DNA of 64,000 bases, taken from the NCBI GenBank assembly GCA_963665845.2, contig OY762492.1, forward strand, positions 2,976,001 to 3,040,000. Direction: 5' to 3'. Source of the DNA: Candidatus Poribacteria bacterium (GTDB lineage: Bacteria; Poribacteria; WGA-4E; GCA-2687025). Shown piece after piece: positions 9,849 through 20,510 of the stretch. Positions within the stretch are counted from its first letter, which is position 1, and each line of letters begins with the position of its first letter. Position numbers and translations under genes: made by a program. A model generated the notes under the pieces. The model did no database searches, was not told the DNA's origin, and was given only the letters and a program-made list of their open reading frames with translations.

Positions 9849-10150
9849 TGACCTCACGTCTTAAGTTGGGATATGCCGGCAGGGAACGCGAACGGTTTCT
9901 ACCAGGACTCTGGATTCCCGCTTGCGCGGGAATGACGACCTGGGATGAGGCATGTCGGCGGAATGCCGCCTTTCGGCAATTTTCCTGGCAATCTTTTCAA
10001 TCATGCAAATCTTAGTTCAGACGACAACTACGGCGGCTACGGTCTAAGATTCCCGCTTACGCGGGAATGACGAATTGGTTAGCGGAGGCTAAGATTCCCG
10101 CTTGCGCGGGAATGACGAGGAGAGAGCGCGGAAATGACGAACTGGTTAGC
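9849..10150. repeat. Composite repeat copy 2 plus further REP hairpins
   Basis: Same modules as 7635..7885, then more ATTCCCGC..GCGGGAATGAC units. Confidence 0.8.
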
Positions 10151-10151
10151 G

Positions 10152-12785
10152 CTAAGGGGAGGGACCGACGCATGGGCGCGCCCCGATCACAGGCTCTCCA
10201 TTCACCAGAAGCGGGCGCGCCGTCTCCGTCTCCAGATCGAACGTCCAGACCTGCCCGTTTCGTTCGTAGATCAGCCCTGTTCCGCCGTTGAGCCATTTGG
10301 GTCGGGCGCCGCCTTGCTGCGTGATTTGGCGAAGCGTTTTCTCCCCGTTTTTTGAAAATTCGGCGATCCATATCTGCGGGCGTTCGTCCTGAACGCGCGT
10401 GAAGGCAAGCGTCATCGGATGCGTCGGCGACCATGCCGGGTGGGCGTCGTAGGCGCTGCCGACAATAAGCGGCTCCAGATGCGCTCTCTTTGTGTCGTAA
10501 AGGTACAGATTCGAGTCGGCGGCGGCGTCCGCGCTGTCCGATTGTTCAGCGGCTGAAAAGGCGATCAGGAACCCGTCTCGACTCCATGCAAGCCCGTCGA
10601 TCTGTTGGAGCGGAACGGCGGCAACCTCCTCCGTCCCTGTTTGCTGACGGCGAATGCGCAGCTGCCCGCCTTTCAGATAGGCGATCGTCTTCCCGTCCGG
10701 CGCGGCGGCCGCCTGTCCCGGCGCCTCCTCCGCAGGAATGAGCTTCGGCGGTCCGGCGCCGTCCCAGAAGCGCAGATTGCGGTCTTCGTCGCGGAACCAT
10801 ACCCCTTTTGTCGACATGGTCAGCTCGCTTCCGATTCCGATCGGTTCCTGCGACCCGTTCGGCGCCAGCGCCCAGATGACGCTGTCCGCTTCATAATACA
10901 CCGGCTCGCGGACGACCGAGGAGACGGAGAACGGCGTCTGCAGCGTCAGGTTGTCGGGGCGCAGACGTTCTAGGGCGGCGCGGTTCGGCTCAAAGGAGCG
11001 CGACTCTTCCAGCTCCCAGCCTGGACCCTTGGCGGCAAACGCAAAGAAAGCGCCTTTCTCCCAGTAGCGCCACTCTTCGATCAAGCGCCCGCGCGCCATG
11101 CGCCGATAGATGTCGTTCGGCTCGCCGTATTTTCGCCGTATGAGCGCGCGGGAGCCGTCGTCCAGCGGCGCGTATCCGCCCGCGTTGTCTGTGGCGACGG
11201 CGCTGACGCGCATATGAATATACGGCGCGACGCTCTCCTCCCAAACATACACCTCCGACGGCGCGCCGGTGAGAGGCGCGTTCGTTCCATAAACGGCGAC
11301 CCCGTCTCCGCGCCCGACCGTTTCATCGCCGGTCGCGTCCACCACCGCCATGATGTAATGGCTCCCTGACGGCAGGCTCAGCGCGAAGTTTCCATAGGCG
11401 TCCAGATCGACGCGGCGCGGCGCGGCGTCCTTGAAGTCGGGCGTTGAAGAGGCGAAGACCCATGCGGCGGAGGGCGTCAAGCCGTCCCAGACGATTCGCC
11501 CCGCGACGCCGGTTGAAATCCCCTCGGACGCTCCGCGGTCGGATTCGACGGCGCCGATAGAGACGACGCGCCCCGCGGGACCGTAAACGCCGGTGATCGG
11601 AGCGACCGCTTCAGCCGGCCCCTCCTCCATGTTCTCTTTCAACTCAAACGGAAGCGGAGGAAAAGAGGCGATGTTCGGCGAACCGTACGCCCCGATGCCG
11701 TCCCCAGGGCTGATATACCCGTCCCCGTCAAAGTCGGCGTTCGCCAAGATGTAGTAGGAGCCGGGGGGCAGCTGGATGGAAAATTTGCCGTTCGGGTCGG
11801 CGGAGGTGTGCGCCGCCGGACGCATCAGGGACGGGTCGGCATGAATCTCAACGGTCGATGAGGCGGAAACGCCTTTAGGCAATTCGACTCTGCCGTTCAA
11901 GGTGAGCAGGTTTCCGCTTCCTTCTTTTGTTAAAGGCTGCAGCCGCCCTTCCCCGTCTCTCTGCGCGGCGATCTTCAGTTCAACCCCCTCCACGATTCCG
12001 CCGGCGGCGTTGAGCGGTTCAGGTTCGATCCGCCCCGTCTCGCTGTTGAGCGCATCGAGACTGCCGAAGGCGTCGCCGGCGTCAAAAATGTTGGAGCGAT
12101 TTCGGTCGGCGACCGCGGCAAGGTAGACCGTTCCGCGCGGCGCTTTCAGCTCAAAAGAGCCGTCTGGGTTGACGCGCGTTTGTCCAACGCGGCGGCGGCG
12201 CGCCGGGTCGTCGAAGGCGAGAATATAAACCGGACCCTTGACGGTGGAAACCGCCTTGCCGCGTATGACCGCCTTCTCCTTGACCGCCGGCTGCGGCAGC
12301 CCGTTCAGCTCGGCGTCCTGAAGGCTCACGATGCGCGGGCGTCCCTGGAACTCAACGCGGGCGGCGGAAATCGGCACCTGTATGTTGTAGGTTCGGCGTC
12401 CGCTTTCGATCTGGACAGCCTGCTTCGTCTCCCGCGTGTTTCCCCAAGAACGAATGCCGTACACGCCGATGGCGTCCCCGGCGTCGAACCCGCCGTTACG
12501 GTTCCGGTCGATGACAGCGGCAAGATAGTACTCGCCCGGCGCCGCTTCAATGTCAAACTTCCCGTCCGCCGCCAGCAGCGGAAACGCCTTCTCCACCTTC
12601 CGAAGCGTCGGGTCCGAGTACAGGTAGACGACCGCCCCTTCAAGGTTTCCATCCTCCCAAACGACCGCCCCGCTGACGCGCCCAGGGTCTGTCTGCTCAG
12701 GCGCCGAGGGGGCTGCCGCTTCTCCATAGGCGGCGCCGGCATAGGCGGCGATCAACGCGCAGGCGGCATAGATACCGATTCGCAC
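10152..12785 (-). CDS. Secreted protein: four prealbumin-like modules with Dx(N/D)x(N/D)G loops and a C-terminal TolB-like propeller
   Basis: GTG at 12785 after AAGGAG; signal peptide. Repeats of the form G.YYL.A..DRNRNGGFDAGDAIG. C-terminal WSRDG / PAWSP motifs. Confidence 0.65.
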   Translation of the reverse strand: MRIGIYAACALIAAYAGAAYGEAAAPSAPEQTDPGRVSGAVVWEDGNLEGAVVYLYSDPTLRKVEKAFPLLAADGKFDIEAAPGEYYLAAVIDRNRNGGFDAGDAIGVYGIRSWGNTRETKQAVQIESGRRTYNIQVPISAARVEFQGRPRIVSLQDAELNGLPQPAVKEKAVIRGKAVSTVKGPVYILAFDDPARRRRVGQTRVNPDGSFELKAPRGTVYLAAVADRNRSNIFDAGDAFGSLDALNSETGRIEPEPLNAAGGIVEGVELKIAAQRDGEGRLQPLTKEGSGNLLTLNGRVELPKGVSASSTVEIHADPSLMRPAAHTSADPNGKFSIQLPPGSYYILANADFDGDGYISPGDGIGAYGSPNIASFPPLPFELKENMEEGPAEAVAPITGVYGPAGRVVSIGAVESDRGASEGISTGVAGRIVWDGLTPSAAWVFASSTPDFKDAAPRRVDLDAYGNFALSLPSGSHYIMAVVDATGDETVGRGDGVAVYGTNAPLTGAPSEVYVWEESVAPYIHMRVSAVATDNAGGYAPLDDGSRALIRRKYGEPNDIYRRMARGRLIEEWRYWEKGAFFAFAAKGPGWELEESRSFEPNRAALERLRPDNLTLQTPFSVSSVVREPVYYEADSVIWALAPNGSQEPIGIGSELTMSTKGVWFRDEDRNLRFWDGAGPPKLIPAEEAPGQAAAAPDGKTIAYLKGGQLRIRRQQTGTEEVAAVPLQQIDGLAWSRDGFLIAFSAAEQSDSADAAADSNLYLYDTKRAHLEPLIVGSAYDAHPAWSPTHPMTLAFTRVQDERPQIWIAEFSKNGEKTLRQITQQGGARPKWLNGGTGLIYERNGQVWTFDLETETARPLLVNGEPVIGARPCVGPSP

Positions 12786-12801
12786 ATCCAACTCCTTTTT
12801 C

Positions 12802-12989
12802 TGACCTCATGCTGAAAGTTGGGACACTGAACGACCAAAGCCTTTATTCATGGGGAAAAAGGCGCCGCCAACCAGACCGTCCCCCGCTTCCGCGAGGGCA
12901 TGCATTCCCGCGCAAGCGGGAATCTAGAGGCGTCGCAGAAGACGTCCGCGTTCCCATGTTGACCCGTCCCAACTAAAGACGTAAGGTCA
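12802..12989. mobile_element. MITE-like element with terminal inverted repeats (contains an extra REP doublet)
   Basis: TGACCTCATGCTGAAAGTTGGGACA ... GTCCCAACTAAAGACGTAAGGTCA. Confidence 0.75.
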
Positions 12990-13063
12990 TCTTTGTCATT
13001 CTCCGACGCGCATATTCATCAACGTTTCCATAATTATAGACGCAATACGGCTATAGAGGTTGA

Positions 13064-14785
13064 TTAAAAGGAGCCTTCCCCGACAACCGAACCGTGATGC
13101 ATTACCTGAAAACGCCATTCCCGCCGATCTGCAGGCGCTCGAATCGATGCGCCGAACGACTTCCCGCCGTCCGTTGAGCGCATCTCCGCCTTGAACGTCT
13201 CGCCCTCCGAACTGATCTCAACGATCAACCCGCCCCCAACAATAGGCGAACTCGGAACCGCCGCAATCTCGACAAACCCAGGATGGATGGGATTGATGTA
13301 TCCAGCCGTTGTGAACGAAACCCCCTCGCCGATCCGCCCCGAATATTCATAATCGGCGGCGGCGGCGTTGCTTGCAGAGGCAGCGGCAAACCCAATCGAT
13401 ACGACGACTCGATCAACCGACTTTCCAAACTCTCCAAACGAGCCGACGGCGCGCCCCCCCGCCGACGAGAGCTGAAGCGAACGAACCCCCCGCAGCTGCG
13501 TTCCGTCCAGCAGCGCGGCGCGAACCTGAAAATCGCCCGCCCAGCGCTTCGGCGCTTTCAGCTCAAATTGGAGCGGGGCGGAACCGCCGGCCGGCGCGCG
13601 AAACTCTATAAAATGGGAACTCCAGTTCTCAATCTGCGCCGTATGAGTCGGCGTCGGCAGCGACCAGATCCGCTTCGGACGGATGCGAACGTTCAGTTCC
13701 TTGAACCCGTATCTTCCGTCCTGATACGCCGCGTCGTCCGACGCCAGCGCCGTTTGCCAGTCCGCGAACAGCTGCTCTGCCGTTTCAAAACGCCCCCCTA
13801 AACGCAAGGCGCTTTCAACGCTCTGCATGCCGTTCTGCGAATGCTGCACAATCCGCCGAATCATGGATACGCCGCCCCGATGCTCGTAGATATACTGCGC
13901 GAACAGAAACGCCGCCCCGTATTGGGCAAGCGAGCTGCTCAAACCGGACGACCAGTTCACCAGCGATACAGACGGATCCTCCTCAAATTCGCGCACATGA
14001 TCAAGCGGCGCGTATCCGCATAACGACATCGCCAGCTCCGAAGCCGCCTCGTCCAGCCAGGTCTCTTCGTTCGCGTCGTACCGGTAATGAATCAGATGCT
14101 GAAGCTCATGCGCAACGATGCCGAACGCGCCCGCCCCGCCCGGATTGAGCGGATTGGTGTCGATGTACAGCATCTCTATCTCGTTGCTGTGAAACACGAC
14201 GCCGCGGCGTCCGTCCCGCACCTGCCCCCGCGCTTGATTGACCGGCGAAAAATACCCCGCCACATAGGAGCCGAACGGAGGAGTATAGCCGTCTTTGACA
14301 TCCAGAAGCAGCAGGTAGATTCTAGGGTCTCCGTCAATGTCCGGCGGCGCGCCAAACGCCTCCGCCTCAATTTCATAGATTCCGCGCGAGCTGTCCGCCG
14401 CCGTCCGATTTTCAAAGACGTTCAAAAGCGAGTCAACCGTCCGCTGTCCGACGCGCCGATTCCATTGCGAATTCTCGACATAAATGTAGCAGCGGTCTCC
14501 GACGGCGCGGAGCGTAGCGCGGGAAGTGTACTCGTTCTGGTTTTCAAAATCGAAGGCGAAAAAGTCGCGCTGATGCCCAACCTGACGAAGCGGCGGCGCC
14601 CCAAGAGGAACAGCCCGCTCCGCGTCCGGCGCCGGCTGAAGATGCCGAAACAGGTTCTTGAGATACGCCGTGCCATGGATGCTATGCGAAGCGGCGGCGC
14701 CGCACAAAGCAAACAGGCACAAAACGACAGCGAGCGCCGCCCGTCTACTCGGCGGCGGAATGTTCAGAGGTTTCGTCTTTGGCAT
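13064..14785 (-). CDS. Secreted zinc metalloprotease (M30/hyicolysin-like)
   Basis: AHELQHLIH (HExxH) followed by EETWLDEAASE; PDIDGDPRIYLL; signal peptide. Start set at MPKTKP. Confidence 0.75.
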   Translation of the reverse strand: MPKTKPLNIPPPSRRAALAVVLCLFALCGAAASHSIHGTAYLKNLFRHLQPAPDAERAVPLGAPPLRQVGHQRDFFAFDFENQNEYTSRATLRAVGDRCYIYVENSQWNRRVGQRTVDSLLNVFENRTAADSSRGIYEIEAEAFGAPPDIDGDPRIYLLLLDVKDGYTPPFGSYVAGYFSPVNQARGQVRDGRRGVVFHSNEIEMLYIDTNPLNPGGAGAFGIVAHELQHLIHYRYDANEETWLDEAASELAMSLCGYAPLDHVREFEEDPSVSLVNWSSGLSSSLAQYGAAFLFAQYIYEHRGGVSMIRRIVQHSQNGMQSVESALRLGGRFETAEQLFADWQTALASDDAAYQDGRYGFKELNVRIRPKRIWSLPTPTHTAQIENWSSHFIEFRAPAGGSAPLQFELKAPKRWAGDFQVRAALLDGTQLRGVRSLQLSSAGGRAVGSFGEFGKSVDRVVVSIGFAAASASNAAAADYEYSGRIGEGVSFTTAGYINPIHPGFVEIAAVPSSPIVGGGLIVEISSEGETFKAEMRSTDGGKSFGASIRAPADRREWRFQVMHHGSVVGEGSF

Positions 14786-16439
14786 GCTGCCGCACTTTCG
14801 CTTCGATTTCAGCGTTGTCAGGGTCGAACTCCAGCGCGCTTCTCCATGACTCAATGGCCGCGTCCGCTTGATCCATCTTCAGGTAAGCGTCGCCGAGATG
14901 GTCAAGGATAACGGCGTTGTCCGGGGCGCCTTCCGCCGCGCGTTTCAGGTAGACCGCCGCTTCGTCGTATCGGCTCTGCCGATAGTACGCCCATCCGAGG
15001 CTGTCGAGATAAGCGGGGTTGGCGGGTTCCGCCTCCAGCGCCTTCTGGATCAAGGCCACCGCGTCGTCCAGATGCAAGCCCATATCGGCGTACACATACC
15101 CCACCGTATTGAGTATATTGGGCGACAACGGCGTCGGCGCGCCGGTTCCGCTGACGATGGCTCCCCGTATCATTTCTGCCGCGTCGTTGGGCGCGATTTC
15201 GTTCTCCGCGCAGACCATGCTGATCTGCTGGACAGCGCCCATATTTTCAGGACTGATTTTGAGAATGGTTTGAAGCGTCAGCAGCGCGTTGTTGAGATCG
15301 CCCATGCGCCCGTAGGTCATGGAGAGGCCGAAAAGCGCGTCCATGTTGTTTTTGTCGATCTGCAGCGCCGCGGTGAAACTCTCAAGGGCTTTCTCAGGAT
15401 CGTCGGAAGCGATCAGATGGTATCTTCCCAGCAGCGCATGCGCCTCGGCGATGTTTGGATCGAGACGAATCGCTTCTCGAATATGCGACAGCGCTTCGTC
15501 GTAACGCTCCGCCGCCAGGCAGAAACCGCCCAGCGCGAGCCGCGCCTTGATCGACTCGGGGTCGATCTCAACATACCGCTTGAGCGCCTCAAGAGCCTTG
15601 TCGAACCGCTTCATCCGCAAGTAGATCCCGACAAGAATGTCCACATAATCGTAGTTGGGAGACAGCTTGAGAAACGCCTCATAATTCTCGGCGGCGGCTT
15701 CAAAGTTTTCGAGATAGCTGTGAAGATCCCCCAGGCTCAAAAAAGGCGCCGGCCAGTTCGAGTTGATCTGCGCCGCGCGTTCGTATTCTTGGATGGCAAG
15801 CGTGTAACGCTCCTCGCGCTCATACAGCGCGCCCAGATGAAGGCGGTAACTCGCGTTCAACGGGCGCATATGCGTCAACGCTTCCAGCGCCTCAACCGCC
15901 CGTTCCCATTTGCGCAGGTAATTGGCAAGTCGGGCGACCATCTCTAAGGAAGCCGCATGGGACGGGTCGGCGTCGACCGCTTTCTGAAACATTTCAAACG
16001 CGCTTTGAGTTCGTCCGCTGCTCTCCGCGGCGCGCCCCATGATGTAGTATGCATGCGCGCAGTTCGGATCGATCTCGACCGCTTTTCGGCACATCTCATT
16101 CGCTTTGTGCAGGTTTTGTCCAAAGAGGTAGATCTGGCCGGCATAGGCGTAAAGCCGCGCGGAAGCGTTCCCGCTTTCGTTCGCCAGCTGGATCGCCTTG
16201 TTGATGGCGTCCCGCGCGCCGAGAGTATCGCGCCGGTGGAGGCGGTAAAGAGCGTTCATATAATGGGCGCGCGACTGCGACCGCGCGCGCTCTTCAGGCG
16301 CCAGCGGAGACGCCTCTATTTCTACAGAATCGAACATCGGCTCAACCGCCTGCTCCTGCGCAGCCGCGCCAAGAACCCCGCCAACCGCGCCGATGATTAA
16401 ACCGATCATAAAACCGCGCCATGCCAGACCGCGTTTCAT
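14745..16439 (-). CDS. Exported tetratricopeptide repeat (TPR) protein
   Basis: Many 34-aa TPRs, e.g. AYLDSLGWAYYRQ..DEA and ILDHLGDAY; N-terminal signal. Confidence 0.88.
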   Translation of the reverse strand: MKRGLAWRGFMIGLIIGAVGGVLGAAAQEQAVEPMFDSVEIEASPLAPEERARSQSRAHYMNALYRLHRRDTLGARDAINKAIQLANESGNASARLYAYAGQIYLFGQNLHKANEMCRKAVEIDPNCAHAYYIMGRAAESSGRTQSAFEMFQKAVDADPSHAASLEMVARLANYLRKWERAVEALEALTHMRPLNASYRLHLGALYEREERYTLAIQEYERAAQINSNWPAPFLSLGDLHSYLENFEAAAENYEAFLKLSPNYDYVDILVGIYLRMKRFDKALEALKRYVEIDPESIKARLALGGFCLAAERYDEALSHIREAIRLDPNIAEAHALLGRYHLIASDDPEKALESFTAALQIDKNNMDALFGLSMTYGRMGDLNNALLTLQTILKISPENMGAVQQISMVCAENEIAPNDAAEMIRGAIVSGTGAPTPLSPNILNTVGYVYADMGLHLDDAVALIQKALEAEPANPAYLDSLGWAYYRQSRYDEAAVYLKRAAEGAPDNAVILDHLGDAYLKMDQADAAIESWRSALEFDPDNAEIEAKVRQHAKDETSEHSAAE

Positions 16440-16440
16440 C

Positions 16441-19062
16441 TTAAACCTCCCCGTCCATCTCTTGCGCATCGTCTCTCGCTTCCTCCTCATTCGACTCTTC
16501 CAAATCCGCTGTTTCGCCGCCGTTGTCGTCCAGATCGCCGCCGCGCTCCAGAACCGCGATGTCCTGAATCCGCTCCTCCTCCTGAAGCGACATGATCCGC
16601 ACCCCCTGCGTGTTGCGCCCGATCGGGCGTATATCGGACGCCGCCATGCGCGTCACCATCCCGCGCGAGCTGATCACAAACAGATCGTCGTCTTGGGACA
16701 CGAGACGCGCACACACCACTTCTCCGTTTCGTTCGCTCGATTTGATTGCAATAATACCGATTCCGCCCCTGCCTTGCAAGCGGTATTCGGAGATTCGGGT
16801 GCGCTTGCCGTACCCGTTCTCGGTGACGACAAGGAGCGTCGGCTCCGCGCCGCCGTTCTCCTCTTCCGCCTCTCCCTCCGCCGCGTCGATCGGCTTTGCG
16901 ACGGCGATGCCGACCGCCTCGTCTCCGTCCCGCAGATTGATGCCGCGCACCCCCTGCGCCGACCTGCCCATGACGCGCACATCCTCCTGCGAAAACCGTA
17001 TCGACATGCCGCTTCTGGTCGCCATGACAATCTCCTCGTCCGGCTCCGTCAGGCGCACATCCATGAGCCTGTCCGCTTCGTTTTTGAGCGTGATGGCGAT
17101 GATGCCGGAGGCGAGCGGCCTTGAAAAATCCTTGACGGCGCACCGCTTCACAATGCCCTTCCGCGTTGCAAAAAACAGGGTGCGCGGGTCATCCTCCGCG
17201 CCGCTGCGGTAGGACGCGAGCAGCGGAACGACCGCGGCGATGTTCTCCTCCGAGCTCAACCGCAGCAGGTTCACCAGCGCGCGCCCTCTCGATTGGCGCG
17301 TCGCTTCCGGTATCTCATAAACGCGCAGCCAGTAGCACCGCCCGCTGTCCGTGAAACAGAGCAGGTATTGATGATTGGAGGCGGTGAAGATCGACTCGAC
17401 AAAGTCGCCGTCCTTCGTTCCCATTCCGCGCACGCCGACTCCGCCGCGCCGCTGGCTTCGGTAGGTTGAAACGGGCAGCCGCTTGATGTAACCGCTTCGC
17501 GTCAACGTGATGACCATCTCCTCGTCGGCGACAAGGTCTTCGACCGACAGGTTGCCGGGGTCAATGGCGATGGCGGTGCGCCGCTTGTCGCCGTAATCTT
17601 CCTTCAACTTTTTCAGCTCCTCCTTGATGATGTTGCGGATGAGCAGGTCGCTTTCAAGAATGGCGCGGTATTCCTCCGCCTTGACGAGCAGGTTGTTGTA
17701 ATCGTCGTTGATTTTCTGCCGCTCAAGCCCGGTGAGACGTTGAAGCGTCAGTACCAAGACGGCGGACGCCTGCCGATTTGTCAGTTCAAACCGCTCCATC
17801 AACACGCCGCGCGCCTCGTCCGGCGAGTTCGCTTCTTGGACAATTTCAATGATTTCGTCGATGTTGGAAAGCGCGATTCGGTAACCTTCCAGCAGATGCA
17901 GCTGCGCCTCCGCCCGCCGAAGCTTGTACGCCGTCCGCCGCCGCACCACCTCCCGCCGATGCTCGATGTAGTAATGCAGCATTTCAGGCAGGTTGAGCCG
18001 ACGCGGCATGCCGTTCACCAAGCAGAGCGACAGAACGCTGAACGTGGTCTGCAGATAGGTGTGCTTGAACAGCTTGTTCAGAACGACCTGCGCCGTCTCC
18101 CCCCGTTTCAGCTCCACGACGACTCGTATCTCTCGATCCGATTCGTCGCGCACATCGGCGATGCCTTCCACCACCTTGTTGTTGGCCGCTTTGGCGATCT
18201 GCTCGATGAGCTGATTTTTTTTGACATCGTAGGGTATCTCGGTGATGACGATGATGTCGCGGTTTTTGCCTTCGCCCGGTTCGATATGCGTACGTCCGCG
18301 GAGCGGAATGGAGCCGCGCCCAGTGGAGTACGCTTGATGAATCCCCTCAACGCCTAGAATGATGCCGCCGGTCGGAAAGTCGGGACCCTTGATGAACTGC
18401 ATCAGATCCTGCAGCGTCGCTTCCGGCCGATCGATGTAGTACACGATGGCGTCGATCACCTCGCTTAAATTCTGGGGCGGAATGCGCGTCATATATCCGA
18501 CGCCGATGCCGGTCGTCCCATTGATGAGCAGGTTCGGCAGCTTGGCGGGCAGAACGGACGGCTCCGTGGTCGACTCCTTATAATTGGGATGAAAATCGAC
18601 CGTGTCCTGGTCAATGTCTAAAAGCAGCTCGTCGGCGATGCGCTCCATGCGCACTTCGGTGTAGCGCATGGCGCCGGGCGGGTCGTTGTCGATGGAGCCG
18701 AAGTTGCCCTGCCCCTCAAGGAGCGGGTAACGCATCGCAAAATCCTGCGCCATGCGCACCAGCGTCTGATAGATCGATCCGTCGCCATGGGGGTGGTAGT
18801 TTTTCATGACCTCGCCGACAACGCCCGCGCATTTGTCGTGGGCGCGGGAGGCGGTCAGATTCTCTTCTCTCATGGCGTAAAGGATGCGTCGGGAGCTGGG
18901 CTTCAACCCGTCTCGGACATCCGGGATCGCGCGGTTCGTGTTGACATTGACCGCGTAAGTGAGATAGGCGTTGCGCAGCTCGTCCTCAATAGACCGCTCA
19001 ACAACATGTCCCCGCAGGTCCGGTTCGGTTTCTATCGCGTCGTCGTTTTCGGGCGGGCGCAT
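16441..19062 (-). CDS. gyrA: DNA gyrase subunit A
   Basis: RAIPDVRDGLKP, YHPHGD, AMRYTE catalytic Tyr, GyrA-box QRRGGVG, C-terminal pinwheel repeats. Confidence 0.96.
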   Translation of the reverse strand: MRPPENDDAIETEPDLRGHVVERSIEDELRNAYLTYAVNVNTNRAIPDVRDGLKPSSRRILYAMREENLTASRAHDKCAGVVGEVMKNYHPHGDGSIYQTLVRMAQDFAMRYPLLEGQGNFGSIDNDPPGAMRYTEVRMERIADELLLDIDQDTVDFHPNYKESTTEPSVLPAKLPNLLINGTTGIGVGYMTRIPPQNLSEVIDAIVYYIDRPEATLQDLMQFIKGPDFPTGGIILGVEGIHQAYSTGRGSIPLRGRTHIEPGEGKNRDIIVITEIPYDVKKNQLIEQIAKAANNKVVEGIADVRDESDREIRVVVELKRGETAQVVLNKLFKHTYLQTTFSVLSLCLVNGMPRRLNLPEMLHYYIEHRREVVRRRTAYKLRRAEAQLHLLEGYRIALSNIDEIIEIVQEANSPDEARGVLMERFELTNRQASAVLVLTLQRLTGLERQKINDDYNNLLVKAEEYRAILESDLLIRNIIKEELKKLKEDYGDKRRTAIAIDPGNLSVEDLVADEEMVITLTRSGYIKRLPVSTYRSQRRGGVGVRGMGTKDGDFVESIFTASNHQYLLCFTDSGRCYWLRVYEIPEATRQSRGRALVNLLRLSSEENIAAVVPLLASYRSGAEDDPRTLFFATRKGIVKRCAVKDFSRPLASGIIAITLKNEADRLMDVRLTEPDEEIVMATRSGMSIRFSQEDVRVMGRSAQGVRGINLRDGDEAVGIAVAKPIDAAEGEAEEENGGAEPTLLVVTENGYGKRTRISEYRLQGRGGIGIIAIKSSERNGEVVCARLVSQDDDLFVISSRGMVTRMAASDIRPIGRNTQGVRIMSLQEEERIQDIAVLERGGDLDDNGGETADLEESNEEEARDDAQEMDGEV

Positions 19063-19196
19063 CGTCCTGTTTGGCTCCCTGTGGGTTGAATGAGTTGTAT
19101 CGCTCCGTCGGCGTCTCTAATATGATACAATATATGAGCGGAAAGCGCTAAATTGAGCGTTGCGCCGCCGTTGCGCCGACACTTTGGAGATTGTCC

Positions 19197-20510
19197 ATGA
19201 ACGAGCATTTTCCCGACATACCGACCATCCCGTTTGAGGGTCCGCAGAGCGAAAACCCGCTCGCGTTCCGCCATTACAACGCCGAGGAGCAGGTTGAAGG
19301 GCTGGCGATGAAAGACCATTTTCGGTTCGCTGTCGCCTACTGGCACTCCTTCCGCGGAACAGGGCAGGACCCGTTCGGCGCCCCGACCATGCTTCGCCCC
19401 TGGGAAGCGGCTGACGACAGCGTCGACAACGCGAAGCGGCGGGCGGAGGCGGCGTTTGAGTTCATCTCCAAGCTGGGCGCGCCCTTTTACTGTTTCCATG
19501 ACCGCGACATCGCGCCTGAAGGCGAATCGCTCAAAGAAACGAACGCGAACCTGGACGCGGTCGTCGACACGCTGGAGCGGCTGCAGGAGGCGGCGGGAGT
19601 CCGTCTGTTGTGGGGGACGGCGAACCTGTTCTCCAACCCGCGCTTCATGCATGGCGCGGCGACCAGCTGCAATGCGGAGGTTTTTGCGTACGCCGCCGCC
19701 CAGGTCAAAAAAGCGCTGGAAGCGACCCATCGCCTCGGCGGAGAGAACTACGTCTTCTGGGGCGGACGGGAAGGTTACGCGACCCTGCTCAACACCGACA
19801 TGAAACGGGAACTGGACCATCTCGGCGCTTTTTTCCACATGGCGGTCGATTACGCGAAAAAGATCGGCTTCACAGGGCAGTTTCTGATTGAGCCGAAACC
19901 GATGGAGCCGACAAAGCACCAGTACGATTTTGACGCCGCCGCGTGCATTGCCTTTCTGAAAAGCTACGGACTGGACAAGCATTTCAAACTGAACATCGAA
20001 ACGAACCATGCGACGCTGGCTGGACATACGATGGGGCATGAGCTGGAAACGGCGGCGATGCATGGACTCCTCGGCTCCATCGACGCGAATCGAGGCGACA
20101 CGCTGCTGGGCTGGGACACCGATCAGTTCCCGACCGACATCTACCTCACAACGGAGGTCATGCTGATCGTGTTGAAGCATGGCGGGCTGGCGCCGGGCGG
20201 TTTCAATTTTGACGCGAAGGTTCGGCGCGAGAGCTTTGAGCCGCTTGACCTGTTTCACGCGCATATCGGCGCGATGGACGCTTTCGCCCGCGGGCTGAAG
20301 ATCGCCGCGGCGATACGCGCGGACGGAACGCTGAACGATATGCTGACAGCGCGCTACAGCTCCTGGGACAGCGGACTCGGCGCGCAGATCGAATCGGGCG
20401 ATCTCGGCTTTGAGGAGCTGGAGGCGGTCATGCTTGAAAAAGGCGAACCCGCCGCCAACGAATCGGGGCGCCAAGAGCTGTTTGAAAATGTCGTCAATCG
20501 GTTTATCTGA
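19197..20510 (+). CDS. xylA: Xylose isomerase (class II)
   Basis: [60 protein letters not shown]. Confidence 0.97.
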   Translation: MNEHFPDIPTIPFEGPQSENPLAFRHYNAEEQVEGLAMKDHFRFAVAYWHSFRGTGQDPFGAPTMLRPWEAADDSVDNAKRRAEAAFEFISKLGAPFYCFHDRDIAPEGESLKETNANLDAVVDTLERLQEAAGVRLLWGTANLFSNPRFMHGAATSCNAEVFAYAAAQVKKALEATHRLGGENYVFWGGREGYATLLNTDMKRELDHLGAFFHMAVDYAKKIGFTGQFLIEPKPMEPTKHQYDFDAAACIAFLKSYGLDKHFKLNIETNHATLAGHTMGHELETAAMHGLLGSIDANRGDTLLGWDTDQFPTDIYLTTEVMLIVLKHGGLAPGGFNFDAKVRRESFEPLDLFHAHIGAMDAFARGLKIAAAIRADGTLNDMLTARYSSWDSGLGAQIESGDLGFEELEAVMLEKGEPAANESGRQELFENVVNRFI

